Below are positions 9,552 through 19,198 of a DNA stretch of 62,867 bases, in pieces. This DNA comes from a virus. Taxonomy: Duplodnaviria; Caudoviricetes. The notes beneath the pieces were generated by a model, which made no database searches, had not been told where the DNA came from, and saw nothing but the letters and a program-made list of their open reading frames with translations. A program made the position numbers and the translations under genes. The DNA is taken from IMG/VR virus record IMGVR_UViG_3300024518_003743, positions 1 through 62,867 of that record; one strand, given 5' to 3'. The number at the start of each line of letters is the position of its first letter. Position 1 is the stretch's first letter.

Positions 9552-10680
9552 AGAGTCACTCGTAAAAGTCCTCGACGTTGTAGCTCGTGGGATTGAAAAG
9601 ACAACTATTCACGCTTGGGAATGCCTTTACATGACCGTAAAGGGAGACAAGTGCTACATATACTCGAGGTCTTCGGACATGCAAATCAAAGGATACATCA
9701 CAGTTGAATCTAGTGAAGACTTTGATATGTGTGTTCCGGCCCAGGTGTTCTGCCAAACCATTAGGCTTCTAGACTGTGAGAACGTTATAATCACTTCGAA
9801 GGTAACTAAGAAGGAAGGCTCTGCAGACCACTACATGACCATCATTTCTGTCAAGGGCCAGAAGAGAAAGTATCGAATCTCCAGCATTAACCCGAAAGAG
9901 TTCTCGGTAGTCACCATGGACAAGGAGAAACTTAAAGGTTTCCCGATCTCAGGAGAGGCGTTCGTAGGAGCCATGACAACATGTAGCCCGATTGTGAACC
10001 CGAAAGACCTTCGTGAGATGATGTCAGGAGTGTCTATAAAGACCGTAGACGGCGTTGTTGAGGTTTCAGCTACAGATGGAACCGTGATATCCAGAATGGG
10101 CCTACACGTCGAAGAAGAGATTCCAGAGATGATGATTCCAAAGCGTACAGCCATGATGTTGGACGGTGTTGATATTTCCCCGCAAATCAAAGTAGGAACG
10201 GATGGCAACAGCGTTCTAGTTCAGAACGGACCAATTACATTCATCGCTAAGCTCCTATATGGGAAGTATCCACCAGTGAAGGAGTTCTGGAACTTCCTCA
10301 AGAAGGACAACTTCGTGTGTATATCCCGAGTTGAGATGATGAACACCCTCAAACGACTCAACCTGTACTCGAAGAATGAATTCAACTCGACTAAAATGGT
10401 TTCAAAAGAAGGAGTCATAGCCCTTACGGCTGTGAACGAATTCGAGGAGAACTACGCATACGAGGAGCCGGAGATAATATCCAACACGCTCGTTGATTGT
10501 GCTACCGCCTTCAACTCTAGATACATGCTCACTGCTCTCGACAAGATGGAGTCCGATGAGATTCTTGTTCACACTGAAGGCAATAAATCTTCTATATTCC
10601 TATTCGAAAAGAACGGGTCAAAAACACCAGAGCAGATGTGGCTAATAGCCCCTGTGTCAATAGGGAAAAGAGATAATTAA
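9532..10680 (+). CDS. dnaN: DNA polymerase III beta sliding clamp homolog
   Basis: 382 aa; VSATDG, MIPKR, LLYGKYP, AFNSRYMLTAL, LIAPV match beta-clamp motifs. Confidence 0.85.
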   Translation: MKITANRESLVKVLDVVARGIEKTTIHAWECLYMTVKGDKCYIYSRSSDMQIKGYITVESSEDFDMCVPAQVFCQTIRLLDCENVIITSKVTKKEGSADHYMTIISVKGQKRKYRISSINPKEFSVVTMDKEKLKGFPISGEAFVGAMTTCSPIVNPKDLREMMSGVSIKTVDGVVEVSATDGTVISRMGLHVEEEIPEMMIPKRTAMMLDGVDISPQIKVGTDGNSVLVQNGPITFIAKLLYGKYPPVKEFWNFLKKDNFVCISRVEMMNTLKRLNLYSKNEFNSTKMVSKEGVIALTAVNEFEENYAYEEPEIISNTLVDCATAFNSRYMLTALDKMESDEILVHTEGNKSSIFLFEKNGSKTPEQMWLIAPVSIGKRDN

Positions 10681-11603
10681 TGGATCACGCAAGATGTAAC
10701 ATATTCCCCAACGTATGGCCTAAGGCATGTACACACACCGTGTACGCCCTTCGGGTTATCGAGGGAATCCAAGAGGGGAGGTGGAAAGAGCCGATTGAAC
10801 GGCTAAGAAGCATAGACCCGAAGGACAAGGATACTGTGAAGAAAGTAAAGTTCAGGCTCCCATGTGTTACGTTTTCCGGAGTGTTCTCCCCTGAGAGATT
10901 CGACGACAAGCTCATTGAGTACTCTAACATGGTTGTTTTAGATGTTGACGATATCAGCAAAAAGGATCTCGTTCGATTCAAGAGGGAGCTCATGAATGAT
11001 GAGCATGTAGCTTGTTTCTTTGATGGACCAACCAAGGGTGTTAAGATTTTGTTCCATGTATCAACGGAAGCCAAGGAGCACAAACTAGCTTTCTTCGCCC
11101 TTAGCAACTACATCAAGGACAACTACGATATCATTATCGATAGGAGCGGGAAGAACGTGTCCAGGCTATGCTTCGTAAGCTACGACCCTGACCTGTACTA
11201 CAATCCTAGCTACAAGATATTCGAAATCAAGCACGATGATTCTCAGAGGGAGATGTTTAGCAGGGTGTTTTCCCCGGCCAAGCTTCCTAGCAGTGTCGTT
11301 ATGTCATTCGATATGAGCCACATTTTCGATACTTGCATCAAGATTGTCAAGGCGAGCAGCGTAGGGTCGTATCACCAAGGGAATAGGAATAATTACATTT
11401 TTGCCCTAGCTTGCACATTGAATCGTGCAGGCATGGATGAGGAGCACGCTTTAGCGATGATTTGGAACAAGTACTCGTCGCTGGACTACAAGGAGCTCCA
11501 GGGGAGCGTAGGCAGTGCGTACCGCCACAACAAAAGTGAATTTGGATCCAAACCAATCACTGAGAGAAGGTCAAACCAAGGAGATTTTTTTAGAGTAAGA
11601 TGA
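10680..11603 (+). CDS. BT4734/VirE-N-like primase-related protein with PriCT-1-like domain
   Basis: KFRLPCVTFSG, VVLDVDD, GVKI, DRSGKNVSRLCFVSYDP; C-terminal GNRNNYIFALAC. Confidence 0.8.
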   Translation: MDHARCNIFPNVWPKACTHTVYALRVIEGIQEGRWKEPIERLRSIDPKDKDTVKKVKFRLPCVTFSGVFSPERFDDKLIEYSNMVVLDVDDISKKDLVRFKRELMNDEHVACFFDGPTKGVKILFHVSTEAKEHKLAFFALSNYIKDNYDIIIDRSGKNVSRLCFVSYDPDLYYNPSYKIFEIKHDDSQREMFSRVFSPAKLPSSVVMSFDMSHIFDTCIKIVKASSVGSYHQGNRNNYIFALACTLNRAGMDEEHALAMIWNKYSSLDYKELQGSVGSAYRHNKSEFGSKPITERRSNQGDFFRVR

Positions 11604-12133
11604 TACACATAGGAATAGACCCCGGAGCAGACGGGGCAATAGCAGTTCTAGACGAAAACGGGAAGATACTTTACCGCGCAGGGTTCCCCAAAATTGGCAA
11701 CAAGTTCGACCCCCACGGTCTGAACAAGATTATCAAAAAGACAAAACAGAAGTATCCCGACCACAACTTCACCCTGGAGCTGATAGGGATTATATTCGGA
11801 GTCAGCAAGAGTTCAATGGTTTCCCTCTCAAAGAATTGCGGACAAATTGAAGGGATTCTAATTGGTAACGAATGCCGTCATGCCATGGTTCCTCCAAAGG
11901 AATGGCAGAAAGAAATGTGGAAAAACATCAAACCAATCCGAAAGGCTTCGACCAAGAGAAAGAAGGACGGAACCCCAGCTATTGGCTCGGTAAACACCAA
12001 AGCAACATCCCTATTAGCCGCCAAAAGACTATGGCCAACAGAGGACTTCTTGAGAACCGAAAGGTCTACCAAGCCTCACGATGGGATTATAGACGCTCTA
12101 CTACTTGCCGAATATTCTCGACGGAAGTTTTAA
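11600..12133 (+). CDS. RuvC-like Holliday junction resolvase
   Basis: IGIDPGADGAIA, VPPKEWQK, HDGIIDALLLAEY. Confidence 0.85.
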   Translation: MIHIGIDPGADGAIAVLDENGKILYRAGFPKIGNKFDPHGLNKIIKKTKQKYPDHNFTLELIGIIFGVSKSSMVSLSKNCGQIEGILIGNECRHAMVPPKEWQKEMWKNIKPIRKASTKRKKDGTPAIGSVNTKATSLLAAKRLWPTEDFLRTERSTKPHDGIIDALLLAEYSRRKF

Positions 12134-12150
12134 TTCTCAGTATGAATCGT

Positions 12151-12158
12151 TACATTTG
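12151..12158 (+). promoter_or_regulatory. Bacteroidota-type -7 promoter element (TACATTTG)
   Basis: Exact TAnnTTTG in the intergenic gap upstream of 12179. Confidence 0.6.
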
Positions 12159-12178
12159 GGAAACCAAAAGAAGGGCAG

Positions 12179-12544
12179 ATGTTCATAGAAGTAAATAAGA
12201 TTGTAAAGGATAAGAAGCGGGATAACACTGGCAACGACGTGAGAAACCCTCACTCGAAGAAGTTCGTCAGAGATAAATCAAAGATCGTATCGGAAATGAT
12301 AAGCGGCGGCGAAATCAAGTCAGCTAGGCCGTGGCATAAAAGCTCCTCAGACGAAGCTGAGTTCCCAGGTATCGACATGACACTCCTCTACATGAAGGGA
12401 GACTCCGACAACAGCGACAACAGTAGTGACGACGAAGACGAGAAGAAGAAAAAGAAGAAATCGAAACAGGCCGAGATTATGATAGCAGAGAAATATCAGG
12501 ACTTCATGAAGAGACTAGGCGCAAAACGCCTTAAGGATGATTGA
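12179..12544 (+). CDS. hypothetical protein
   Basis: 121 aa; acidic tract followed by poly-Lys. Confidence 0.6.
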   Translation: MFIEVNKIVKDKKRDNTGNDVRNPHSKKFVRDKSKIVSEMISGGEIKSARPWHKSSSDEAEFPGIDMTLLYMKGDSDNSDNSSDDEDEKKKKKKSKQAEIMIAEKYQDFMKRLGAKRLKDD

Positions 12545-12899
12545 CGGAAACACTCGAAGCACTGGGCAGAGACAGCTCAATAAAGACTATCTTGACATTA
12601 TCGTTTCTTCATCTGAGATCAAGAAACTTATCAAAGCCAGAGCCGAAGCGCTCGGCCTAGACCTATTCAAGGTCGCCAAAGAGGCCGGAGTCAGCTACAG
12701 AGCTTTCAAGAAACAATACCTACAACAAGACCAGCCAATGTCTAGCCCTCAGCTACGACAGGAGCACATCATAAAGATTCTCCAGGTGCTGGGAGTGTTG
12801 GTAAAAATAACAGTGGTCGAAACTCCGCTCGACAAAATGAGCGAGACCTACATTAGTTCAATCCGAGACAAGTACTACATTGACCATGGAAGTAAGTAG
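12537..12899 (+). CDS. putative HTH DNA-binding protein
   Basis: LGLDLFKVAKEAGVSYRAF HTH-like segment. Confidence 0.5.
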   Translation: MIDGNTRSTGQRQLNKDYLDIIVSSSEIKKLIKARAEALGLDLFKVAKEAGVSYRAFKKQYLQQDQPMSSPQLRQEHIIKILQVLGVLVKITVVETPLDKMSETYISSIRDKYYIDHGSK

Positions 12900-13218
12900 C
12901 GGCATATCGAAGATAAGGCTGCTTTTAAACGACCCTAGAGGCGAAAAGGTATGTCTTAGTGATATTATCGAGAAAGTCTCCGACATGTCTCCTGACGCAG
13001 CGAGCTTGGAGATTCAGAACACTAAAGCGGCTGTCGCGAGACAGAAGCGGCATATCAAGGAACTCAAGACCTTGATAGACCAGTACAAGGCTCGAATGAG
13101 TGATGAGGTGTATCCTGAAGTGGAATACGCTCTAGCAAGCCGTAAGAAAGGCAAACCGAGAGGTCGTCAAGAGAATATCACCGAATTCAATGAAAAAAGA
13201 AAATCAACAAATATCTAA
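12886..13218 (+). CDS. hypothetical coiled-coil protein
   Basis: ORF 12880..13218, ATG at 12886. Confidence 0.55.
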   Translation: MEVSSGISKIRLLLNDPRGEKVCLSDIIEKVSDMSPDAASLEIQNTKAAVARQKRHIKELKTLIDQYKARMSDEVYPEVEYALASRKKGKPRGRQENITEFNEKRKSTNI

Positions 13219-13235
13219 CAATAAAACAAATCAAC

Positions 13236-13784
13236 ATGAATAGAGATGACTACACCGCTGTAGGCGGCGGAAACGGCACCACGTGGGAGCCAAAGCAAAC
13301 TGGAAAGAAAAAGGACAACAACCTTGTTGCTCTTGCTGCAGACGAGAACTCTTGGGTTCAAGGGTACTACCTTGGGACTGAGCACGACCAAGGTCCGGAC
13401 AAGAACTCACAGGTTCACAAACTTAAGCTTGTAAAGGCTGGTAACCCGGCTCACCTTGCTGGAGACCCAGCAGATACAAACGGAGAAATCAGCATCTGGG
13501 GTACAGGTGTGCTAAACGACAAGTTCACCAAGGTTCCTGTAGGAACGTCAGTGATTGTCGAATGGAAAGGGAAGCAGAAGCCCAAAAAACAAAGTGGTAG
13601 AGAATACCATGGGTGGGAGCTTCTTCAGAACCCTAACGATACAATCGATTCAGGGAACGCTTTCAAGCCTAGCACAGAGCCAGCTCCGGCTGTTGCCCCT
13701 ACAAGTGAGGCAGCTCCTGTCGAAGGTGCTCCTGCAGTCGCAGGGGCTCCAGCGGTCAACCCTGAAGACGACCTACCATTTTAA
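13236..13784 (+). CDS. single-stranded DNA-binding protein (phage OB-fold type)
   Basis: Beta-rich core (VQGYYLG, SIWGTGVL, VIVEWKG), Pro/Ala linker, C-terminal EDDLPF. Confidence 0.7.
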   Translation: MNRDDYTAVGGGNGTTWEPKQTGKKKDNNLVALAADENSWVQGYYLGTEHDQGPDKNSQVHKLKLVKAGNPAHLAGDPADTNGEISIWGTGVLNDKFTKVPVGTSVIVEWKGKQKPKKQSGREYHGWELLQNPNDTIDSGNAFKPSTEPAPAVAPTSEAAPVEGAPAVAGAPAVNPEDDLPF

Positions 13785-13823
13785 TAACCTGGTCCCTTCG
13801 GAGGCCAATTAACACTACTTGAA

Positions 13824-14201
13824 ATGACTAGATTACATTGTAAAGTAAAAGACAGCGATGACCTGAAGGATTTATTCGAAGGGATTTGCGAAGACCTGCA
13901 GCTTGACTTGGAAGAGACCAAGAAGAAATGCAAGGTGAAGGTCAAGGTATCCCTGGCCTCGATCTGCCAAATTTGTGAAGCCAATGACTTGTTTATGCAA
14001 GTGGACTTCCCAAACAACAAGATTTCTGTTTACCTGAAGGATTTTGCGCCTAGCGCATTAGCTCCTGAAAATAACGAGATCCTTGGGCCTGTGCTTGAGG
14101 AGCAAACAGAAGAAGTTGTTGATGAAACTGTAGAAGAACCAACGTCTGATATCCCTCCAGTAATGGAGATGGATGATGATGAGGACGATCTACCGTTTTA
14201 A
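13824..14201 (+). CDS. acidic protein with SSB-like C-terminal tail
   Basis: Ends DDDEDDLPF. Confidence 0.6.
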   Translation: MTRLHCKVKDSDDLKDLFEGICEDLQLDLEETKKKCKVKVKVSLASICQICEANDLFMQVDFPNNKISVYLKDFAPSALAPENNEILGPVLEEQTEEVVDETVEEPTSDIPPVMEMDDDEDDLPF

Positions 14202-14202
14202 C

Positions 14203-14475
14203 CTAGGAAGCGCTAACAGTAACTGTCATTGCAGGAACTGTTGGCGTCTCTCCTTTTTTCTTTGCCTTGTTGAACATGTGAAGTTCTTTCAGTTTATCAA
14301 AGGCAGTGTCGGTTTCAGAGTCTCCAAAGACTAACTCTCGGTCAGTCCACTCATTATCGGAGAACGTTTTACCGTCGCTCGAAGGACGAATCTCAGTCCA
14401 ACTCAAATTCCATCCATTTTCAGCCTCAGTCAGCCTAATCCTCTTTAGCTCTTTTACGTTTGCCGTGTCGCTCAT
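14203..14475 (-). CDS. hypothetical protein
   Basis: Last ORF of the - strand late block. Confidence 0.6.
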   Translation of the reverse strand: MSDTANVKELKRIRLTEAENGWNLSWTEIRPSSDGKTFSDNEWTDRELVFGDSETDTAFDKLKELHMFNKAKKKGETPTVPAMTVTVSAS

Positions 14476-14660
14476 GATAACTCCTTTTTATTTGTAAAAA
14501 ATTTCTTCTTAACCCTGCCTACAATCCACTTAGCGGCCATACCACCAATGGCACCGGCAGCGCCTAAAACAAATGCTTTGAATACCACTCCAGCTAAAGC
14601 TCCACCAGTGACGGCTGCAATAACGTAATCTCCTGTCTCGTTCCAATTTACCCTGTGCAT
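14472..14660 (-). CDS. small membrane protein (holin-like)
   Basis: Gly/Ala-rich hydrophobic core and Lys-rich C-terminus. Confidence 0.5.
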   Translation of the reverse strand: MHRVNWNETGDYVIAAVTGGALAGVVFKAFVLGAAGAIGGMAAKWIVGRVKKKFFTNKKELS

Positions 14661-14690
14661 TATTCGATATTTTTGTTACTACTTAATAAC

Positions 14691-15050
14691 TTACAACTCC
14701 TCTTTTTTTCTCTCCGTTCCGACCGGCCCTAGCCCTCGAATATACTTCATGAACTTTGAAGTGTCCTCGTGTACGATTGGCCATCTTCCGTTAAAGTCTT
14801 CTACGCATTTTTGAAGCACCTTTGCATCGTGGTCTTCGATTTCGAAAACATCTCCAACTTCCTTGTCTTTCAAAATGCCTATGACGCGAAGTCTTTCATC
14901 TATTTCGTTCTCAAAGAAGCCTTTGCCTGATGTAGACTTCAAGCATTGGATCATAATTTCACCATAATGGTGAGTTCCAACTAGCGCCGCTTCTCCACCT
15001 ACGATTCCGTACTTCTCAATCTCTGTGTTTTTGATTTCAATCTTAGTCAT
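14691..15050 (-). CDS. hypothetical protein
   Basis: 119-aa ORF. Confidence 0.6.
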   Translation of the reverse strand: MTKIEIKNTEIEKYGIVGGEAALVGTHHYGEIMIQCLKSTSGKGFFENEIDERLRVIGILKDKEVGDVFEIEDHDAKVLQKCVEDFNGRWPIVHEDTSKFMKYIRGLGPVGTERKKEEL

Positions 15051-15085
15051 CTGATTCTGGTTTTGTTTTACTCAAAAATAAGGAA

Positions 15086-15532
15086 TTAATCTTCCTTATT
15101 AAAAGTAAATCCACCAAACCACCTAACCCCTCGATATCTGGTACGATTATCAAGGTTCATCCAACTGATTTTTATGGTTCCTTTAGCGGCTATAGACCAC
15201 TTATACATCTCCAAATCAGCAAATTTTCGAGCCTGGTAGTTGCCCACGTCACCCACAAATAACCTCTTTCGATACAGGTAGTCATGAATAAGGGATGCAA
15301 TCTCATGGTCTCCATCAGGAGGAAGGATCGCCCAGAAAATTCTTGGCACACTTGATAAGTCCCATTCAAACCCCTTAGGGATAGTAATGGTTCGACCATT
15401 AGAAAGTCGGATGTTGACGTCTTTAAGTAACTTGTACTTACGCCATTTGTCTGTCGGGTGATAAAGCCTCTCCTTCTGTATTACTCCTCCGCACTCTAGC
15501 CTCTCCCGAACGTTATTGAGGGCTATATACAT
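15086..15532 (-). CDS. DUF1353-family protein
   Basis: IPKGFEWDLSSVPR...ASLIHDYLY...AD...GVRWFG. Confidence 0.8.
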   Translation of the reverse strand: MYIALNNVRERLECGGVIQKERLYHPTDKWRKYKLLKDVNIRLSNGRTITIPKGFEWDLSSVPRIFWAILPPDGDHEIASLIHDYLYRKRLFVGDVGNYQARKFADLEMYKWSIAAKGTIKISWMNLDNRTRYRGVRWFGGFTFNKED

Positions 15533-15542
15533 TTCGCTTGTT

Positions 15543-15812
15543 TTAAATCGTTTCTGGCGCCTTCTCGGTTCCTGGAGCAGGTAGATACTCGCAGGAGTTT
15601 TTTAGGAAGTTCTTAAGGAAGACCTCAATAGTCTCCCTTGTCGCATCCATGGCAATGTCAGTTTCAGCCCAATCAAATTGGTATGATTCACCAACAGATG
15701 AAGCGAAAGCAATCTCTGTGCGACCTTTTGTGGCGTCCGACTTTAGTTTGTATCTGTGAATACTGCAAGATTCTACCGCAGCGTCCGCTTGTTCTTGATT
15801 GAAGTTTGCCAT
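15543..15812 (-). CDS. hypothetical protein
   Basis: ATG at 15812 immediately after upstream stop. Confidence 0.55.
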   Translation of the reverse strand: MANFNQEQADAAVESCSIHRYKLKSDATKGRTEIAFASSVGESYQFDWAETDIAMDATRETIEVFLKNFLKNSCEYLPAPGTEKAPETI

Positions 15813-15813
15813 T

Positions 15814-16572
15814 TTACCAAGTGTTATCAATTACTTTCAGCAGTTCGTCTGCCACCGAGTCAGGGGTATGTCCTGTTCTAAATTTGCTTGAGTCAAGACC
15901 CCTAAATCCCTTTCCGTTCGCAAACGGAGTGCCTGCCGTCTCGTCAATGTAGTCTTTGATGGCAACAACCCCATCGTTTTCCTCAGACTCCAAGCCCTCA
16001 ACGTACATTCTGGTCATCCTTTTCGACTTAACCGGATTTACAAGCTCTTTTGTTAGGTCATGGATATCAATAACCGTGTCCTTTGTTATCTGGTTTAGAT
16101 CTGCAAGAACTCCTTTTGCGTAGGCGACGTCTAAGACTCTCCGGAACACAATAGCTTCCATTATCTCAAGTCTCTCCTGGCGAACGGCCATCGTCCAACA
16201 TCTGTATTCGTGAGCTTTTACACTCCAATATCTATCATCGTTTACTACTTCCAACTGGAAGTCTTCTTTTCCTACAAGGAACCAGTGAGTAGCTATTGAT
16301 TTTTCTTCGTCAGTTAATAAGTCAAACTTCGCTTGGTCCTCTACGTCTGCAGGTGCCGTTACTTGCATTTTAGCGTAAACGGCAGTTTTTAACTTCCCTC
16401 TCACGCACTTCTTGTCATACCAACCGCTAATGTTGATGTCGATTCCTTGTACACCGTAACGCTCAAGCTCAACAATATCCGTAACCTCAACATACCCGGA
16501 AGGGGTAGGTGTTGCATCGTCTTGAACTTTGACTGCTGGGTAATCTCCTGTTGATTCCTTGTAAATCTTCAT
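15814..16572 (-). CDS. hypothetical protein (tail-associated region)
   Basis: 252-aa ORF downstream of fibre gene. Confidence 0.6.
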   Translation of the reverse strand: MKIYKESTGDYPAVKVQDDATPTPSGYVEVTDIVELERYGVQGIDINISGWYDKKCVRGKLKTAVYAKMQVTAPADVEDQAKFDLLTDEEKSIATHWFLVGKEDFQLEVVNDDRYWSVKAHEYRCWTMAVRQERLEIMEAIVFRRVLDVAYAKGVLADLNQITKDTVIDIHDLTKELVNPVKSKRMTRMYVEGLESEENDGVVAIKDYIDETAGTPFANGKGFRGLDSSKFRTGHTPDSVADELLKVIDNTW

Positions 16573-16578
16573 GGTCGT

Positions 16579-17022
16579 CTATTGAGGGTCATTATATGGC
16601 CTCCACATAAGAGACGTTGTGTCGTAATAAATTGTGTAAGCACCGGTTTTTTCAATGGTGACATCGGCCTTAAACAAGAACCTGTTGGCTACCGCACTTC
16701 CTCCGTTCAGTTTCTTGAGCTTAATTTTTTTGCTGGCACTAATGTTCGATATCGTGACAATGTTTACCGTGGCTGTTGCCGAAGGAACTATGCCTGTTAT
16801 CTCCACATCAGCCGTGCAGTCGACTCTAAGAACTGACTTTACAATTTCTCCAGAAACACGAAATCCAGTGGGGTCGTAATCGTCCTGGTTGGAAGACAAA
16901 GTTGCTGGAGTCAAGATAGCGCCAGCCCCTAGAGAAATCGAACCGTTAAATTCGAAATCATCAAGATCATCCTGGGTTACTACCTCAGTATTGCTGTCGA
17001 TTGATCCTACTCGCATTGCCAT
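16579..17022 (-). CDS. putative virion/tail-associated beta-rich protein
   Basis: ITGI...ANRF...IYYDTTSLMWR beta-rich pattern; late block. Confidence 0.5.
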   Translation of the reverse strand: MAMRVGSIDSNTEVVTQDDLDDFEFNGSISLGAGAILTPATLSSNQDDYDPTGFRVSGEIVKSVLRVDCTADVEITGIVPSATATVNIVTISNISASKKIKLKKLNGGSAVANRFLFKADVTIEKTGAYTIYYDTTSLMWRPYNDPQ

Positions 17023-17029
17023 AACTCTA

Positions 17030-17200
17030 CTACTTTAATTCGTGAACAGGGATTGAAGGAACAACCCTTGCCTCCATCTTTTTTGAAATCTTGTTCGCCT
17101 GTTCTTGTGCTAACTTTTTTGTCTTGTAAATAGTTGGCTTACCAGCCTTGCCAACCATGATTCGCTCACCACCTACTAATACTTTGATACTGAAACCCAT
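17030..17200 (-). CDS. small basic hypothetical protein (56 aa, MGFSIKVLVGG...)
   Basis: Fills the gap between two late genes; translated by hand. Confidence 0.55.
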   Translation of the reverse strand: MGFSIKVLVGGERIMVGKAGKPTIYKTKKLAQEQANKISKKMEARVVPSIPVHELK

Positions 17201-17205
17201 ATTTT

Positions 17206-18594
17206 TTAGTTTAATATTCCTATTGATGCAAGGTCTGTGTAAATAGCAAACACAACATCTCCTAATTCGTCTAGCGTAAAAGTACTCAAATCTATGGATC
17301 GATCAATGACTCCGTTTGTAATCGTGTACGTCTGACCTGAATCTAAATCTGATTTGAACGCAACCTTCTCCCAGCTTCCGCCTTCATAGCCCCATATTCC
17401 TGTTTCTGTGAAAGTAGCATCTGTTGTCGTCGCTCTGGACATCATGCCTTCTTCTCCTGTCACACCAGAAATAGTTGCGGCAGCAGCGCCTCTGAATCGA
17501 AGGATAGAGTTTCCAAGGATGTCAAGAGCCACACCTGATGTTGCTTGGTCTGTTGTTAAAAGGTTCAGATTGCTTATGGCAATACCGCTAGTTCCAACAT
17601 TCATTCTACGACCTGTGCCGGTGCTATTTGCCCATAAAGTTATTCCGTCTCCAGAACCAGCCTTTGCTGTAATCTGAGCTGAAGCCCCTGAGCCTGAGAA
17701 GTTGTATCCGTTTGTGTCTCCAGTTAAAGCGTCGTGTCTGAACCCGTGAACGGTTCCAAATCTTAACCCGTTCGACCCAAGATTTCTACCTCCGTTTGTT
17801 AGTGGCCCCAGGGCTAAACTTGAAACAATGTGCTGATACCCGCTATCTTTGAATCCTCCCGAACCATCAGCAAACTGTAATCGATTATCTACTCCTGCCG
17901 AACCCACAATATCGCTAGTCATTGCTACTGTTCCTCCTTTATCAGGAAGCGCCCAAGTGTGGCTACCAGTTAAAGCAGTGTTGGTAAGAATCCCTTCTCT
18001 GTCAGTAACTCCGTCTAAATGATAGAATCCTAATCGATCGACGTAAGCCGTGTTGTCGGAGAGAACTTTAGCTCCAATGGTTCCAATAGCCGCAGAGTTA
18101 ACAATTCCTGCTACAAACGTCGTATTTTCTGTAGAAATCGACACAGGGTACTTGTCTGTACTATCAGTAGTTTTCGCTGCTGCTGAGTTGTCAAATATGA
18201 TTAAATCCCCTACGGTTATACCTCCTACTGGCTTCGCGCTCAGCTCTAAGTCTTCACCTACAATTCCGTTTCTAAGTTCAATAGATTTTGAACCTCCAGT
18301 GTTGTTGAATGCTAAGAACTGACTATACGCAGCGCCCCAGATTCCCACGAAGTCAGGATACATCTCAATACCGGTTTCACCATAAGAAAGTCCATCAGTG
18401 GCAAGTACAATAGAATTATCTCCAAAAGGATTTAGGTTAAGTTCACTCCCTCCGCTGGCCGAAGCGTACACTTGGCCAACCGTCATTTGAATGTCATTCG
18501 CTCCAGAAACGTTTCCTACAGCAAGGACAGCGCTAAGAGGGGCCGACCCTGCAGCTAAATCAAAATTACCAGTAAATGGGTTAAACTTGAACAT
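17206..18594 (-). CDS. tail fibre / receptor-binding protein
   Basis: Gly/Ser/Thr-rich; N-terminal FNPFTGNFD; internal WALPDKGGTVAMTSDI fibre-like motif. Confidence 0.65.
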   Translation of the reverse strand: MFKFNPFTGNFDLAAGSAPLSAVLAVGNVSGANDIQMTVGQVYASASGGSELNLNPFGDNSIVLATDGLSYGETGIEMYPDFVGIWGAAYSQFLAFNNTGGSKSIELRNGIVGEDLELSAKPVGGITVGDLIIFDNSAAAKTTDSTDKYPVSISTENTTFVAGIVNSAAIGTIGAKVLSDNTAYVDRLGFYHLDGVTDREGILTNTALTGSHTWALPDKGGTVAMTSDIVGSAGVDNRLQFADGSGGFKDSGYQHIVSSLALGPLTNGGRNLGSNGLRFGTVHGFRHDALTGDTNGYNFSGSGASAQITAKAGSGDGITLWANSTGTGRRMNVGTSGIAISNLNLLTTDQATSGVALDILGNSILRFRGAAAATISGVTGEEGMMSRATTTDATFTETGIWGYEGGSWEKVAFKSDLDSGQTYTITNGVIDRSIDLSTFTLDELGDVVFAIYTDLASIGILN

Positions 18595-18597
18595 ATT

Positions 18598-19188
18598 CTA
18601 AGTTCTAATTACGTTAATAAGTCTGTCGCTTGCATCGTAGCTCATTGTCAGGGTGCCTACAGTCGAAGCTAAAAGCTCATAAACAACAGTGTCAATTTCG
18701 CCGATACCGTTTCCAGCAGCGACATAAGTGATTGTAAGTTCGTCATACTCGAATGGAGTAAGAGATCCTGAGATTCGATCTTCGATTAGCGCTAGAGTCG
18801 TCTCAGTAGCTAATCCAGCTCCTCCGCCACCAGCGGAAGCGTTGCAAGCCGTAATCCAATCACATACATCTGCAGTCGCCTGGTTCAATCCTGCCAAGTC
18901 GGCAGTCCATCCTGCTTGGTTCGAAACATCTTGGATGTCAAACCTTAAAGAAGGATTCTCATGCTCGTTGTGGAAGTTGATTGAAATAACAATCAAGTCA
19001 GTATGGAAGTACGCTCGTTCAAGCTGGTTCGTAACTGGGTCACGAGGCGCATATCCCGGCTGAAAACTAGCCGTCACAGACTTAATTCCTTCAAGAGCAT
19101 AATACTCATACGGGTTCGCAGGAGTTTTTACGTTCCTAACCCGGATACAGCAATCAGCTACGTCTATTTCAATTTGTTTAAGGCTCAT
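18598..19188 (-). CDS. putative structural protein
   Basis: GGGGAGLATETTL linker; C-terminal TLTMSYDASDRLINV beta domain. Confidence 0.5.
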   Translation of the reverse strand: MSLKQIEIDVADCCIRVRNVKTPANPYEYYALEGIKSVTASFQPGYAPRDPVTNQLERAYFHTDLIVISINFHNEHENPSLRFDIQDVSNQAGWTADLAGLNQATADVCDWITACNASAGGGGAGLATETTLALIEDRISGSLTPFEYDELTITYVAAGNGIGEIDTVVYELLASTVGTLTMSYDASDRLINVIRT

Positions 19189-19198
19189 GATCTATTTT

